DNA of 63,511 bases, the filler included, from Octopus bimaculoides (taxonomy: Eukaryota), in assembly GCF_001194135.2 (NCBI RefSeq). It is 7 parts of 5 records of this genome, joined end to end, with 100 filler letters (N's around TTAATTAATTAA, not from the genome) between each part and the next. Parts side by side here need not be neighbours in the genome. Positions count along the whole stretch, not along the records: positions 1 to 3,371 come from NC_068997.1; positions 3,472 to 7,956 come from NC_068996.1; positions 8,057 to 18,204 come from NC_068987.1; 4 more parts are not named here. The stretch is one strand, 5' to 3'. Positions 1-11,112 of the stretch are shown in pieces. Within the stretch, counting starts at the first letter, position 1. Each line of letters begins with the position of its first letter. The notes beneath the pieces are model-generated. The model was given only the letters and a program-made list of their open reading frames with translations. It had not been told where the DNA came from and ran no database searches. The translations under genes and the position numbers were made by a program.

Positions 1-380
1 ATGTGGAATCTGAAGACGAAAACAATACCTATTGTCATAGGTGCCCTGGGAATGACAGCGAAACGGGCTGATTACTACCTAGCTCAGATACCAGGAAACC
101 CCAAAATGGCTGAAGTTCAAAAGATAGTGCTCATGGGAACTGCCCATATCCTACGTAAAATACTGTCTATGTGATCTCAAATTTTAAAGCAAACACATAA
201 TTTTCTTATGGTTTCTTAAACATTCACTAGAACAAAACTGTACAAATCCAAATATATGGTACCCTAGGCATAACACCTACATGAACTTCTAACTTGTTGT
301 CTCTTGAGGTCTCTGGGTGAGACTTGGATCCAACTTGTACAAATGCAAAACAAAAGTCAAACATAAAATAATAATAATAA
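1..380 (+). mobile_element. 3' end of an RLE-type (R4/Dong-like) non-LTR retrotransposon with (TAA)n tail
   Basis: 1-174 translates MWNLKTKTIPIVIGALGMTAKRADYYLAQIPGNPKMAEVQKIVLMGTAHILRKILSM*. The PIVIGALG...GTAHILRK pattern is typical of RLE-element C-termini. A 3' UTR and TAA repeats (about 367-380) follow. Confidence 0.75.
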
Positions 381-383
381 ATG

Positions 384-897
384 CCCTGATTCAGTACTAG
401 GCAGTGACTTTCGTGACTTCCCATTTTAACTGCTTGGAAGTGTTATCGTGTACATTGTTTTGTCCTGATATAAAAGATGTACTCAATACCACAGATTTGC
501 TTGTCAGTTGTTTGACCTTAACCAGTTGAACATCTCCTTTAGTGGCTGATGATATGTTTTTCTTAGAGCAGGAGTAGTGGGGGAGTATCATTGCCATGTG
601 TTGAGAGGAATTCTTTGGGGTTTGAATAATCCACTTTTGGAAACGTAGGCGTTTCGTTTATCATCCTTAAACAACCCTTATTCAGGGATCTTTTGAGCGG
701 GATGGGCTACTCGACCTGAAGAAAATTCTAACTGGGCTCCACCTACAATGACATGTGCTGTTTATCTTGATAGAGATCACCATGTCACGATGCAAATGCC
801 TGGTGAACACTTATCAGACGGGTAGTCATGATGGGTATACTGGGCTTCGTATATTTGTACTCCAGTGTCACTTTGATGGCATGCACTGCTCTCTCAC

Positions 898-898
<1 letters not shown>
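384..898. mobile_element. Non-coding interspersed element embedded between two (TAA)n tracts
   Basis: Complex sequence with no ORF, bounded by TAA repeats on both sides. Repeat status is inferred; there is no second copy in the window. Confidence 0.35.
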
Positions 899-983
<85 letters not shown>

Positions 984-990
984 TAATAAT
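899..990. repeat. (TAA)n microsatellite
   Basis: About 30 near-perfect TAA units. Confidence 0.98.
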
Positions 991-1175
991 GGCACACTGC
1001 CAACGACGTACGTCATTCGTTTCGCTCCCGGATGTCACACACCATCCTTTACATTCGCTTGCGATGCCAGAGTGACCGATACCATATAACTGCCGTCTCA
1101 GACCGAACACCAAGAGAGTATCAGGTCCTCTGCAGCTTTGCAGGACACTTCCAGAGCACTTTGATGTACATTCGC
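991..1175 (-). mobile_element. Probable 3' end of a second RLE-type retrotransposon, tail-to-tail with the TAA tract
   Basis: Minus strand reads ...ALEVSCKAAE... (frameshifted; resembles AAERASRWLW-type C-termini) and ends in (TTA)n. Confidence 0.3.
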
Positions 1176-2112
1176 TGAAAAAAAAAAAAGACAATTAAAA
1201 TGATTTTGTGCAGACCACAAACCATTTTAAAACTTTTAACTAATTTTATATCTTCTACCACGCATCTTTTGTGCTCCTTCTCCGCGCCTGCTAGAATAAT
1301 TCAGAGCCTTATTGCTAGTTCTACCAGCACCGGGTGGATATGGCAATATAGTTTCCAAATGGACCTTTCTACCTTAGGTCCTTGTTAACCCTTGCAATGG
1401 AGAGGTTTGTAAAAAACAACCAAACTTGCTACGTCCAGTTCGATTTTCGTTCTATCTTCACATATGGTAATAAATATTGGTTAATGCTCGAAAAAGTACG
1501 ATCTCAAATACAAGTGGTCAAAAAAAATGTTACTCGACAGAGTGTATAGTTCAGCGTCAGGGAGTCTCTTCAGGTTGAGCCGCAACTCTTCTGCATTGAG
1601 AGGCTACAACTCTGATACTACAGAAGTATCATTAGAATGTCGCAGGGAAGAAATCACCAGACTGTACAAGCTGAGCCAACAGGCAGGACACCTAAGGACA
1701 GATCAAGAGCAAAGAGGTTAGATAATAGCCATAGTCTCAGTTGGTTGCTTCTCATAGGAGCCAATGGAAGAGGTGCTTCAGAACTCTAAACCTCACAACC
1801 CACTCAAGAATAGTGGGTAGAGAAGATGGTCGGGTGAATATGTTCTACAAGTTAATCTTTGATTATACCAAAAATATTATTTTTCTCTCTATGGCTTCAG
1901 TTTAGAGATAAAGGGATCATAAAGAGCTATGTTATTGATTTTAGCTAGGGCTCCTAGCCTGATGGTAGTGGTGATGGAGAGGCAGGGCAGAATTCTTGCA
2001 ATAAAGGCAAATATGGGAAATGTGATGGCACCAAACCTAATAAAGCCCACCACTACGCTCATTTATAGATCTCACATTGTCTGCCTGTCTCTTCCCCCTT
2101 CTTTCGCTCTGC

Positions 2113-2178
<66 letters not shown>

Positions 2179-2684
2179 CACAATATATTTATGTTTAATT
2201 AACATTTTTGATATTCACTATATGAAATATATTAACACTATCTTTACAGATTTTCTTTCAGAAGGGATCACTAAATTCTTTACATGTAGATAATATTAAA
2301 TCTCCTTATATCAGCCTACATACAGTCTTGTACATTTAAGTGAAGCATGGTGAATATGTTTTCCCGAGGAAGCCATAATAAGACTGAAACATTTTCTGAG
2401 TTGTTTCCTGTGATGCCCAGATAATTAGAAATTAGATTAGTTATATACTAATATTGTAATATGTTGGTGTTGTTTAACCCTGGGGTACCTCTGAATGCAA
2501 AGACCTTTCATGAAAGACACTCCCACTACGACAGACTCTCACCGTTTTAATCCACCGAAGTACCTGTTAAAGATGACTTACCTTTCATCTACGCGGTTCG
2601 AAGGATCCAGGTTGTTGTCGCAAAAACATTCCTTACCACCTTTTGTACCAGAGAACTTTAAATTCTTTTTGCTGCAGCAAAAGG

Positions 2685-2685
<1 letters not shown>

Positions 2686-2753
<68 letters not shown>
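2686..2753. repeat. (TAA)n microsatellite
   Basis: Direct reading. Confidence 0.97.
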
Positions 2754-2756
<3 letters not shown>

Positions 2757-2806
2757 TACAAAAATCGCCACGATAGGGCGTCTAAGGAATGGAACAAGTA
2801 AAAGAA

Positions 2807-3020
2807 GATGGTGAGCTGGCAGAAATGTTAGCATGTCAGAAAAAAATACTTAGTGGCGTTTCTTCAGGGGCTTTATTTTCTGACTTCAAAGTTCCTGAGA
2901 TCGACTTTGCCTTTTATCCTTTCGGGCTCGATTAAATAAGTACCAGTTGGACACTTGGCTAAATGTAATCAGCTTACTTCCATCACGGCAAATTGCTGGC
3001 CTTGTGCCAGAATTTAAAAC
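2807..3020 (+). mobile_element. tRNA-derived SINE, family A (degenerate)
   Basis: Head GAGCTGGCAGAA, body GACTTTGCCTTTTATCCTTTCGGG...AAATAAGTACCAGTT; shared with more than 10 copies in the window. Confidence 0.8.
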
Positions 3021-3174
3021 AATTATTGACTCATCATTTTTGTTAGGTTTATTGAGTGGCTTAGTGTGGTTAGAGACCATTGAATGATATTTTAGAATAG
3101 TTATTTCTGGTTTGGGTAACGTCTGTGTTGTCAGCTGAGCTAGATATAAATAAATAGATGGAGATACAGGGCGA

Positions 3175-3301
3175 ACAAGAGCGAAAGAGAAAAGTAGGGA
3201 GAGAGAAAGAGAGAGAGGGAGAGAGGATGAGAGAGAGAGAGAGAGAGAAAGAGAGAAAGGGAGAGAGGATGAGAGAGAGAGACAGAGAAAGAGAGAGATA
3301 G

Positions 3302-3365
<64 letters not shown>
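3175..3365. repeat. (GA)n/(GATA)n microsatellite
   Basis: Direct reading. Confidence 0.95.
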
Positions 3366-3366
<1 letters not shown>

Positions 3367-3504
3367 GATTGNNNNNNNNNNNNNNNNNNNNNNNNNNNNN
3401 NNNNNNNNNNNNNNNTTAATTAATTAANNNNNNNNNNNNNNNNNNNNNNNNNNNNNNNNNNNNNNNNNNNNGTGCATGTATGTATGTATATATATATATA
3501 TATA

Positions 3505-3830
3505 TATCATCATCATCGTTTAACGTCCGCTTTCCATGCTAGCATGGGTTGGACGATTTGACTGAGGACTGGTGAAACCAGATGGCTACACCAGGCTCCA
3601 ATCTGATTTGGCAGAGTTTCTACAGCTGGATGCCCTTCCTAACGCCAACCACTCAGAGAGTGTAGTGGGTGCTTTTACGTGCCACCAGCACGAAGGCCAG
3701 TCAGGCGGTACTGGCAATGGCCATGCTCAAAATGGTGTCTTTTATGTGCCACCTGCACAAGAGCCAGTCCAGGGGCACTGGCAGCGATCTCGCTCGAAAA
3801 TCCTTGTGGGCATTACGACGACCTATATGG
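3505..3830 (-). mobile_element. SINE/LINE 3' tail, family C (ends in (GAT)n; RTE-like tail)
   Basis: CATCATCATCGTTTAACGTCCGCTTTCCATGCTAGCATGGGTTGGACG...GGATGCCCTTCCTAACGCCAACC recurs at 7605, 8057 and 56920. Confidence 0.8.
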
Positions 3831-4017
3831 CCAAAATATTCTGCATCTTTTATGTTCCTAATACCAACCCTGTAATATTATTCTAGAAATTAATGCTTAC
3901 ATCATCAATATCTTAAGNNNNNNNNNNNNNNNNNNNNNNNNNNNNNNNNNNNNNNNNNNNNNNNNNNNNNNNNNNNNNNNNNNNNNNNNNNNNNNNNNNN
4001 NNNNNNNNNNNNNNNNN

Positions 4018-4330
4018 ATCTGTAGTAAAATAGAAGAAAGAAGAGTAGTCGGTGGTTCCATATCCTCTGGAAAAAGAGGAGTTGTGAACATCACTCTCCT
4101 CCCTATATTCTTCTAACTACCTGTACTCTTTATTTACTCCTTTATTCTTCTATTTCATTCCTTATAAACGGGGAATTTTATTCCTTGTAAACTGTAAATT
4201 TTCCCTGTCAAAAATATTCATACCTTGTCTCTGATGATGGAATACCCAGTGCATGGACACGCTAACCAACCACTTGGGTTATCTCAGAAACACCTGTAAG
4301 ACTTCAAATTCATCTTACCCTAATTATACA
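4018..4330 (+). mobile_element. Penelope-like element pLTR-type fragment containing a hammerhead ribozyme
   Basis: Hammerhead fold at 4227-4302. The PLE assignment is inferred from the known association of minimal hammerheads with Penelope pLTRs. Confidence 0.45.
4227..4302 (+). ncRNA. Type I hammerhead ribozyme (minimal stem III)
   Basis: Stem I GTCT(4227-30)/AGAC(4299-4302); core CTGATGA (4231-37); long stem II TGGAATACCCAGTG/CACTTGGGTTATCTCA; GAAA (4287-90); stem III ACA-CC-TGT; GUA cleavage triplet ending at 4298. Confidence 0.7.
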
Positions 4331-4653
4331 CAGACATATGTATATATACACACATATATTTAGATATGTACACACACATATATATTCATATGTCATAGCC
4401 AAGCATAGAAGACGCACATTAAATGATGATGATGAGATATACAGACAAACACACACACATATATACATATAAACCAACACACACATATATGAAAAGAATG
4501 AGAGGGACAATGACACAGATACAAACACATGCATATACATTCACATGCACACACACACACTTATAAATATTTATATTTAGTTACTGTTTGAAACAGTCAC
4601 ATTAGACATTAATATAAATAAAACAGAAAATATACATAAATATATAAGCTCAC

Positions 4654-4827
4654 AAATTTTTTTTCTTGTAACCGATTATTGGCCAATTTCTTTTGTTCTT
4701 CAGAGTCTTTGAATTCTTGTTGTATCTGTTGGTTCCACAACATTTCTTCATGAAAAGATTTTGGCTTTTTTGTGTTGAATTGTCTTAAACTATCTTGAAG
4801 ATGAAGTGCCAAATTCAACACCATCAC
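4654..4827 (-). CDS. EIF2AK4: eIF2-alpha kinase GCN2, internal exon (end of RWD domain and start of coiled region)
   Basis: ttag|...|gtgagc exon, 174 nt, phase 0-0: VMVLNLALHLQDSLRQFNTKKPKSFHEEMLWNQQIQQEF... It matches the recalled GCN2 motif GEVMIFELAYHVQSFLSEHNKPPPKSFHEEML and splices in frame to the 6598-6700 exon. Confidence 0.92.
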
Positions 4828-6203
4828 CTAATATTAAAATATATAAAACCAATCATTGAGACAGGCAAAAGTTACAGTTCATGATCATATTATACTCTAA
4901 CCTACTTAGTCAATTCAGTTAAATAACGAAGCATTCATAAATTTCTTATGCCATGAACAACAGTCTGGAAATTCACACAACATACAACACCTTCCTAGAA
5001 TACTTATTTCATGCACCTGATCTCACGTTTCATTTATTAGTTTAGTCTAAAAGAAGATTCAATGCCTATGAACTTTACAGGTTCAGTGAAACTGGTGAAG
5101 TCCATACAGTTGACATTCAGATTTAACATCTGTAAGTGAACGTCTACATGAAAAATACCAGTGAAGAGTAAATTTCTGATTGTTGGCATTCTGGAGAAAG
5201 AAGGTTTAGCCATAGTGATTTGTGCACAACCTGATTAGCAGTAGGAATAATAGAGAGAGGAGAAACAGATGTGCTGTATCGACCTGAGTGGAAATGGTAT
5301 GCAAAATGTTAATTCAGAGGAAAAGCCATAGCAGTAGTGGTAGAATGACAGAACAAGGAAACATATGTCTGTGAGCCAAAGGTTACAGTTTGTTGGTGAA
5401 TGAGACTTCGCCTATCAGTCAAGTAGCTTCTTTTGGATGTAGTCTGGAATGTTTGTGTGTGTAGTAGCAACACAAGCCTGAGTATGGGAGTAGTATTCCA
5501 TTGTTGTTATTACTTGAACTCTGTAGACAATCAGCAGCTGATTAGAGCTAAGAAACTGTCTGGACCTGAAGAAAAAGACTAGTCTTTGGAATGGGGATCA
5601 CCAAGATACATTATGAGACCTATCATTTGTTGACTTTGATAGATTTAAATGTGCATCATCCAAGATTACAGAGGGAAAAGTACAAGATTGTTTCCTTAGT
5701 TTGAACAGTGATTGCGTTTTTTTTTGCTCTCTATCTGTGTGTTAATGCACATAAAATTTAATCAGCACCTTGAGGGTTAAAGACGGAAATTTACAAATAG
5801 CTATTTATGTATCTCTCTAAACTAGCTCAGGTACATTGAATTCAGTTACACCAGATTTCTCTAAAATACCTTTTTAAGATAACTTCAGTCAATAATAATT
5901 TTAATTTTGAGGTTACTGTTACCATAAATTCCTTAAATGTTTGTATTTACATATATGATTTAGATATATGTTAAGTGTCATAAATGCTACCATAGGAATT
6001 ACAAGAAATATATTAACATTAATTACACCAGGACTTGTATGCTAGAATAATTGTCTTATTAACATATTTCAGAATCAGAAACTCAGTTTTCTTAACCAAT
6101 CATTTAACCTCTCTGAAATTACAACTCAGTATTTTAGCAATACTCTCAGTTATCAGAATTTTAAGATGGAGTTTCTGAGAGATTACTGAGAACACTCTGT
6201 TAA

Positions 6204-6423
6204 CTCCTTAGCATTTAAACCAGCCATATCTGACCAAAATATTCTACATGTTTTATGTTGAAACTGCCCAGATCCAGCCTTTCATGCCAATCCTACAATA
6301 GCATTCTAAAAATAAACAATCACAACATCAAAATCTTGAAGCTATAAGACAATTCATGATTAATTCAAAATAATGTGAATAAATAAGCAGTACATTTGAC
6401 TGACTAATTTGAATACTAAAGGG
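6204..6423. mobile_element. piggyBac-type MITE
   Basis: TTAA on both flanks (6200-03, 6424-27); imperfect TIRs CTCCTTAGCATTTAAA / CCCTTTAGTATTCAAA. Confidence 0.65.
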
Positions 6424-6597
6424 TTAATGGAACAAATCATATTTATGAGGACTGCTTACAATGAAAGAAATAACAGAGAACGTAACAAGAAAAATTCAGA
6501 ATACAAAGTAAAATTTTTTTTTTAAATGACTAATTTATTAAAATGCAATCTACCACTAAAAAATTAGTTTGTTTTAAAACAAATTATTGTTACTTAC

Positions 6598-6700
6598 TTC
6601 ACCGACTTTGGTTTTAGCTAATTGTACAAGATCATTTTTCAGAGTTTCTATTTTTTCTAAAGAGATTCCTTTGACATTTTCAAGTTCAATCTTTGGTATT
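6598..6700 (-). CDS. EIF2AK4: eIF2-alpha kinase GCN2, internal exon (RWD domain)
   Basis: ctttag|A ATA CCA...GGT GAA|gtaagt exon, 103 nt: IPKIELENVKGISLEKIETLKNDLVQLAKTKVGE. It matches the recalled VPEIELKNAKGLSNESVNLLKSRLEELAKKHCGE. Confidence 0.92.
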
Positions 6701-7264
6701 CTAAAGATGAACAAAAATTATATTTTAAAGACCTATTCACAATCTGTTTTATTAGTAACAGTTAATATAATAATAACATTGCTAAAATAGCAACCAATTA
6801 AAATTTGAACAAATCTCAATTCATATTTAATTCCAGACAACTTTTCAGAAAATTTCTGATCAGCTCACATGCAAGTGTATTGAGCTATTATTATTATTGT
6901 CATTTTTTACATCCATTTTTTTCCATCAAGGAATGAGCTGAATGCATTTAATACATCTTACCATCTACCACTGTCATTGCTATTTGGCATACACAGCAAC
7001 CTAAACTTTATTGACATGTACATCCAATAGCATAAACAGGATGCATTTTACTGTGCCACTGGACTGTTCGCAGCAAGACTGAAGAGTCATGTCTCGCCCA
7101 TATCAGTTATTTGCAGTTATTACTCTTCTGGACGGTTTGCCTGCAGTTGTGGTTTTGTCTCTCTCATATGTTAAATTTTTGGTATGTTTTTTCCAGTTAA
7201 ATATATGGATGTTGCTTAAGCCAACAAAGTAATACTATTCCATATTTTCAAGATGAGGAATTAT

Positions 7265-7410
7265 GTACATTATTTACATTAGTCAAATAAAGGGTTGGGT
7301 TCAAAATTCCACCAGAACACCTGATGAAGGCTGGAGAGTACATCAGCCGAAACATTGTGATAACAACAAACAAGATGAGGACAACTGCCCATCCATTGTA
7401 AATAATGTAC
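7265..7410 (+). mobile_element. Short element with 14-bp terminal inverted repeats and a degenerate hammerhead core
   Basis: GTACATTATTTACA (7265-78) / TGTAAATAATGTAC (7397-7410); internal AACAC-CTGATGA-A-GGCTG...CAGCC-GAAACATTGTG. Confidence 0.55.
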
Positions 7411-7604
7411 CAACAAAGTAATTTCTAGAAATTTTCAATCACACTCAATTGTCTTAAAACAAAAAGGCACCAAGACACCACTAAACCAGTGGTTGTCAAC
7501 CGAGGTCAACATGACCTTTAAGAGTCCATATAAGATTTAGTTTTTAAAATATATGAACAATAAATATTCTAACAATAAAATATTCTAACAATTTTTTTTA
7601 CAAT

Positions 7605-7956
7605 CATCATCATCATCATCCTTTAACATTTGTTTTCCATGATAACATAGGTGGGACGGTTTGACAAGCTAGAGAGTTGCACCAGGTTCCAGTCTGATTT
7701 GGCCTGGTTTCTACAGCTGGATGCCCTTCCTAATGCCAACCACTTTACAATGTGTGCTGAGTGCTAGAGGTGGCAAGCTAGAGAGTTGCACCAGGTTCCA
7801 GTCTGATTTGGCCTGGTTTCTACAGCTGGATGCCCTTCCTAATGCCAACCACTTTATAGTGTGTGCTGAGTGCTAGAGGTGGCAAGCTAGAGAGTTGCAC
7901 CAGGTTCCAGTCTGATTTGGCCTGGGTTTCTACAGCTGAATGCCCTTCCTAATGCC
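7605..7956 (-). mobile_element. Family C element with an internal 109-bp tandem triplication
   Basis: The unit CAAGCTAGAGAGTTGCACC... starts at 7665, 7774 and 7883. Confidence 0.8.
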
Positions 7957-8056
7957 NNNNNNNNNNNNNNNNNNNNNNNNNNNNNNNNNNNNNNNNNNNN
8001 TTAATTAATTAANNNNNNNNNNNNNNNNNNNNNNNNNNNNNNNNNNNNNNNNNNNN

Positions 8057-8265
8057 CGAGCGTGGCCGTTTTCGTGCGGGTGACACGTAAAAGCACCCAC
8101 TACACTCTCTGAGTGGTTGGCGTTAGGAAAGGCATAGAGCTGTAGAAACTCTGCCAAATCAGACTGGAGCCTGGTGTTGCCATCCGGTTTCACCAGTCCT
8201 CAGTCAAATCGTCCAACCCATGCTAGCATGGAAAGCGGACGTTAAACGATGATGATGATGATGAT
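8057..8265 (+). mobile_element. Family C 3' tail, ending (GAT)n
   Basis: Reverse complement of the 3505 copy. Confidence 0.85.
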
Positions 8266-10084
8266 TTAATATTCAATTTTATTAATTCATTCCAATTATG
8301 AATGTTTAATAATTGAATGCTATGAGATAAAATCACCATTTTTATTCAACATTTGTCTATTTATTAGCAAAGTCTCATATAAAACAATTTTTTGTTTTAA
8401 TCTTGGAGTTAAATTGTTTTTTACTGTCAGGTGACTTTTGGCCAACTCTGTACGCATACACACACACACATATATGCATACACACCTCATTATGGGCCTA
8501 TCCACAATTTTATGTTAAGCAAATTTCACTTCAGAAGCATTGATCAATATAAGGCTATGGTAGGAGACATTTATCCAAGGGGCTGCTCAATTGAATTGAA
8601 CCAAAACCATTTGCATAAACTTCTAGAACCTCCTTCGAACTGGACATTGATGTATATTGGCAAGACAAGTATTTTTCACCCAACAGCAGGTGGGTGAGAG
8701 TTGAGAGCATAGTTGACATAATCTACGTCATTGTATTACTGGTATTTAATTTATTGCCTATAGTTAACTCTGGTAATCTCAACTTCTGCATTTAGCAGGA
8801 GGGTCTACAAATGGGAGGGGTTTTAGAATGCAATTGCACTGTAGGCATAACATGCAACTTGGTTTGATACTGCTTCATGGTAGTGCAGGTGGTAGTGGTC
8901 TTTAATATCATTCACCGTGTTGCAAGCATTTACACCTGATGCAAATAGTCTCCTACTTGCAGATATTATGGTTGGGTATTAGTTGCATTAATCTTACCAG
9001 TCTGTATGCCTGCACAGGTCATGTGTAGTGTCCCCACTCACCTGACTAGCTTATAAAAATAACAATAAATAAAAACCTCAGACTACAAAGTAAAAAAGAA
9101 AATAATGGTGTCTCGTGTTTCTGCTCAATTTCTATCGAAATTGATTTGTATTTCCCCCCTCCCCTTCCAATATCAATAATATACAAACAGTTGCTTTAAT
9201 CGACTGCCCCTCCTCGCCCCATAAAAAATTGGTCTCGTGACTAGTCATATGACATCGTCAACATTTCTAGTATGGTAAGGAGACACTTGTTTGGGGGCAC
9301 GTTTTTGGTTTTCAGCTTGGACGTATTTCACTTTCCTAGTATCGAAAGTGTCTTTCAGAAATATTGGAGGCCACAAATATTCAACCCGCCTCTTCTATTT
9401 CACTCCAACAAAATTAACCGTTTTTTTTGTCTTGTTAAATAAAAATAGCGATCATACGTATGTTTGAGTGTGTACGTTGCTTTATACAGGTGTGTATGTG
9501 ACTGCATATCTGTGTGTGCGTGCCTTTACATGAAACACCACCCCTCACTGCACTTGTAATGGTCATAAGTCTATGTCGATATGTAGTCCGAGTGGCACGG
9601 ATGGATTTGCAGAATGAAAATTCATTAGAAGATAAATAATAATAGCAGTAATAACAAACCACAACAATATAATCAACAGAAGCCGATGATAATATCTCTA
9701 ATAACTGCAGCAGCAGTCAACCACTCTTGCATTGGATTGATGATATAGGAACTGTTAGTTTCGTATCATGACATCATATAAAACAATACAAGATAATACA
9801 CACACTTTATATGAATATACTACTGTCTATCTTTCACTACCTCAGTGCAGGAAAAAAAAACTCCAACACGCACACACACAGATGTATGTACAAATGTCAA
9901 GACCACGAAAGCATGAAAATATTGAACAAGAAAGAAAGGCAACGGGCAGACAAAAATATAAGGAAATGTTATGTAGCAAATTATTATTAATTTAAATGGA
10001 GATTTTTTTTCGTAGATGCATTTAGAGGAAATTGTAAAATTAGGTTTAGTACGTAGAATGAATGTGTGTCCATGTATGTCTAAT

Positions 10085-10140
10085 CAGCGCGACGAGATGT
10101 GCATAGCATCACATGACCGCCGCTGCTGCTGCTGCTGTCA
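10085..10140. promoter_or_regulatory. Possible promoter: CpG-containing patch with E/M-box TCACATGAC and (GCT)n
   Basis: Motif at 10109-10117. A strong plus-strand donor AAG|gtaagc at 10506/7 could close a 5' UTR exon. Confidence 0.25.
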
Positions 10141-11064
10141 GTAGCATTGTAATATGTGAGTGGAGACAATTAACACGAGATCCATCAAGGTGCTTACAGA
10201 AAAGGAAAAATAATATGATATAATATAGATTTGCAGTATGCTGTATTTATAATTTTGTGTCTGGATTTGGTTTTTAGGCCAATGCAGACTGTTACCAGTT
10301 TCTTCGAACTTTAGTGATTTAGTATTTTTAATTTGTATCCAAAAGTTGCTCGCAAACAACATCGGATGGTTTCTGTTCACCACAGAGCAAGCTACCTCGA
10401 TCTGTGATTTTTGTTGTCTTATTACTGTTAAGATCGTCTTGTCTTCATTTATATTATCCCAGACAGACGACATAAAAAAAAATATAGAGAGTAATATAAA
10501 ACAAAGGTAAGCAGCATTTACTGTTCCTCTTTCTTCAGTCTCAACATTTCTACACTGTCGTTTCACGTTAGTTTATCTCTCTCTCTCCTTTTCTTTTGTT
10601 TCTTCAGCCCCATTTGTTTCTTTTTGAACCACTTTTCCTTACTTTCTCCCCATATCAAACCACCGACACACACATTACTTACACCACCCTTTTTATATCA
10701 CTGTTACTTTTGTTTCTTTCCCTTCTCTTTTTCTTTGCAATATATCTTTCAGGCCTGCTCGGTTAGATTTTTTTTTAATATTACATATCCATGAATATAT
10801 TCCTAATTTTTATTAATTTAGTGTTGATTGTAACGTTTGGGTTTTGACAGTAGAAGGCATTGTTGGTTGTTGTGGACGATGACAACGATAGAGATAATAG
10901 GTAATTAATGATAACAGCGGTGATAGTGATGATAATGATGACAGTGGTTGTGGTAGAGCACATTGCAAGCTGGTTCACCACCGGTCATGTGGACAACTTT
11001 CACAGTACACATATAATCAATACAGACAGACACACATACATGCAAGCACCCATACACATATAGA

Positions 11065-11112
<48 letters not shown>

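Noticed and set aside
384-445. HDV-like ribozyme at the 5' end of the TAA-embedded element
   Set aside because: Only two loose hairpins are visible; I could not assemble the nested double pseudoknot by eye.
899-990. CRISPR-like or other spaced-repeat array
   Set aside because: All arrays in the window are simple microsatellites or TE-derived tandem repeats, with no unique spacers and no cas genes.
2575-2690. Minus-strand AG|gtaagt donor as the next GCN2 exon
   Set aside because: The translation does not resemble the expected charged coiled segment, there is no acceptor, and it abuts a TAA array like a retroelement fragment.
8998-9100. Minus-strand donors (CTG|gtaaga, CAG|gtgagt) as GCN2 5' exons
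   Set aside because: No frame resembles the GCN2 N-terminus; at most untranslated.
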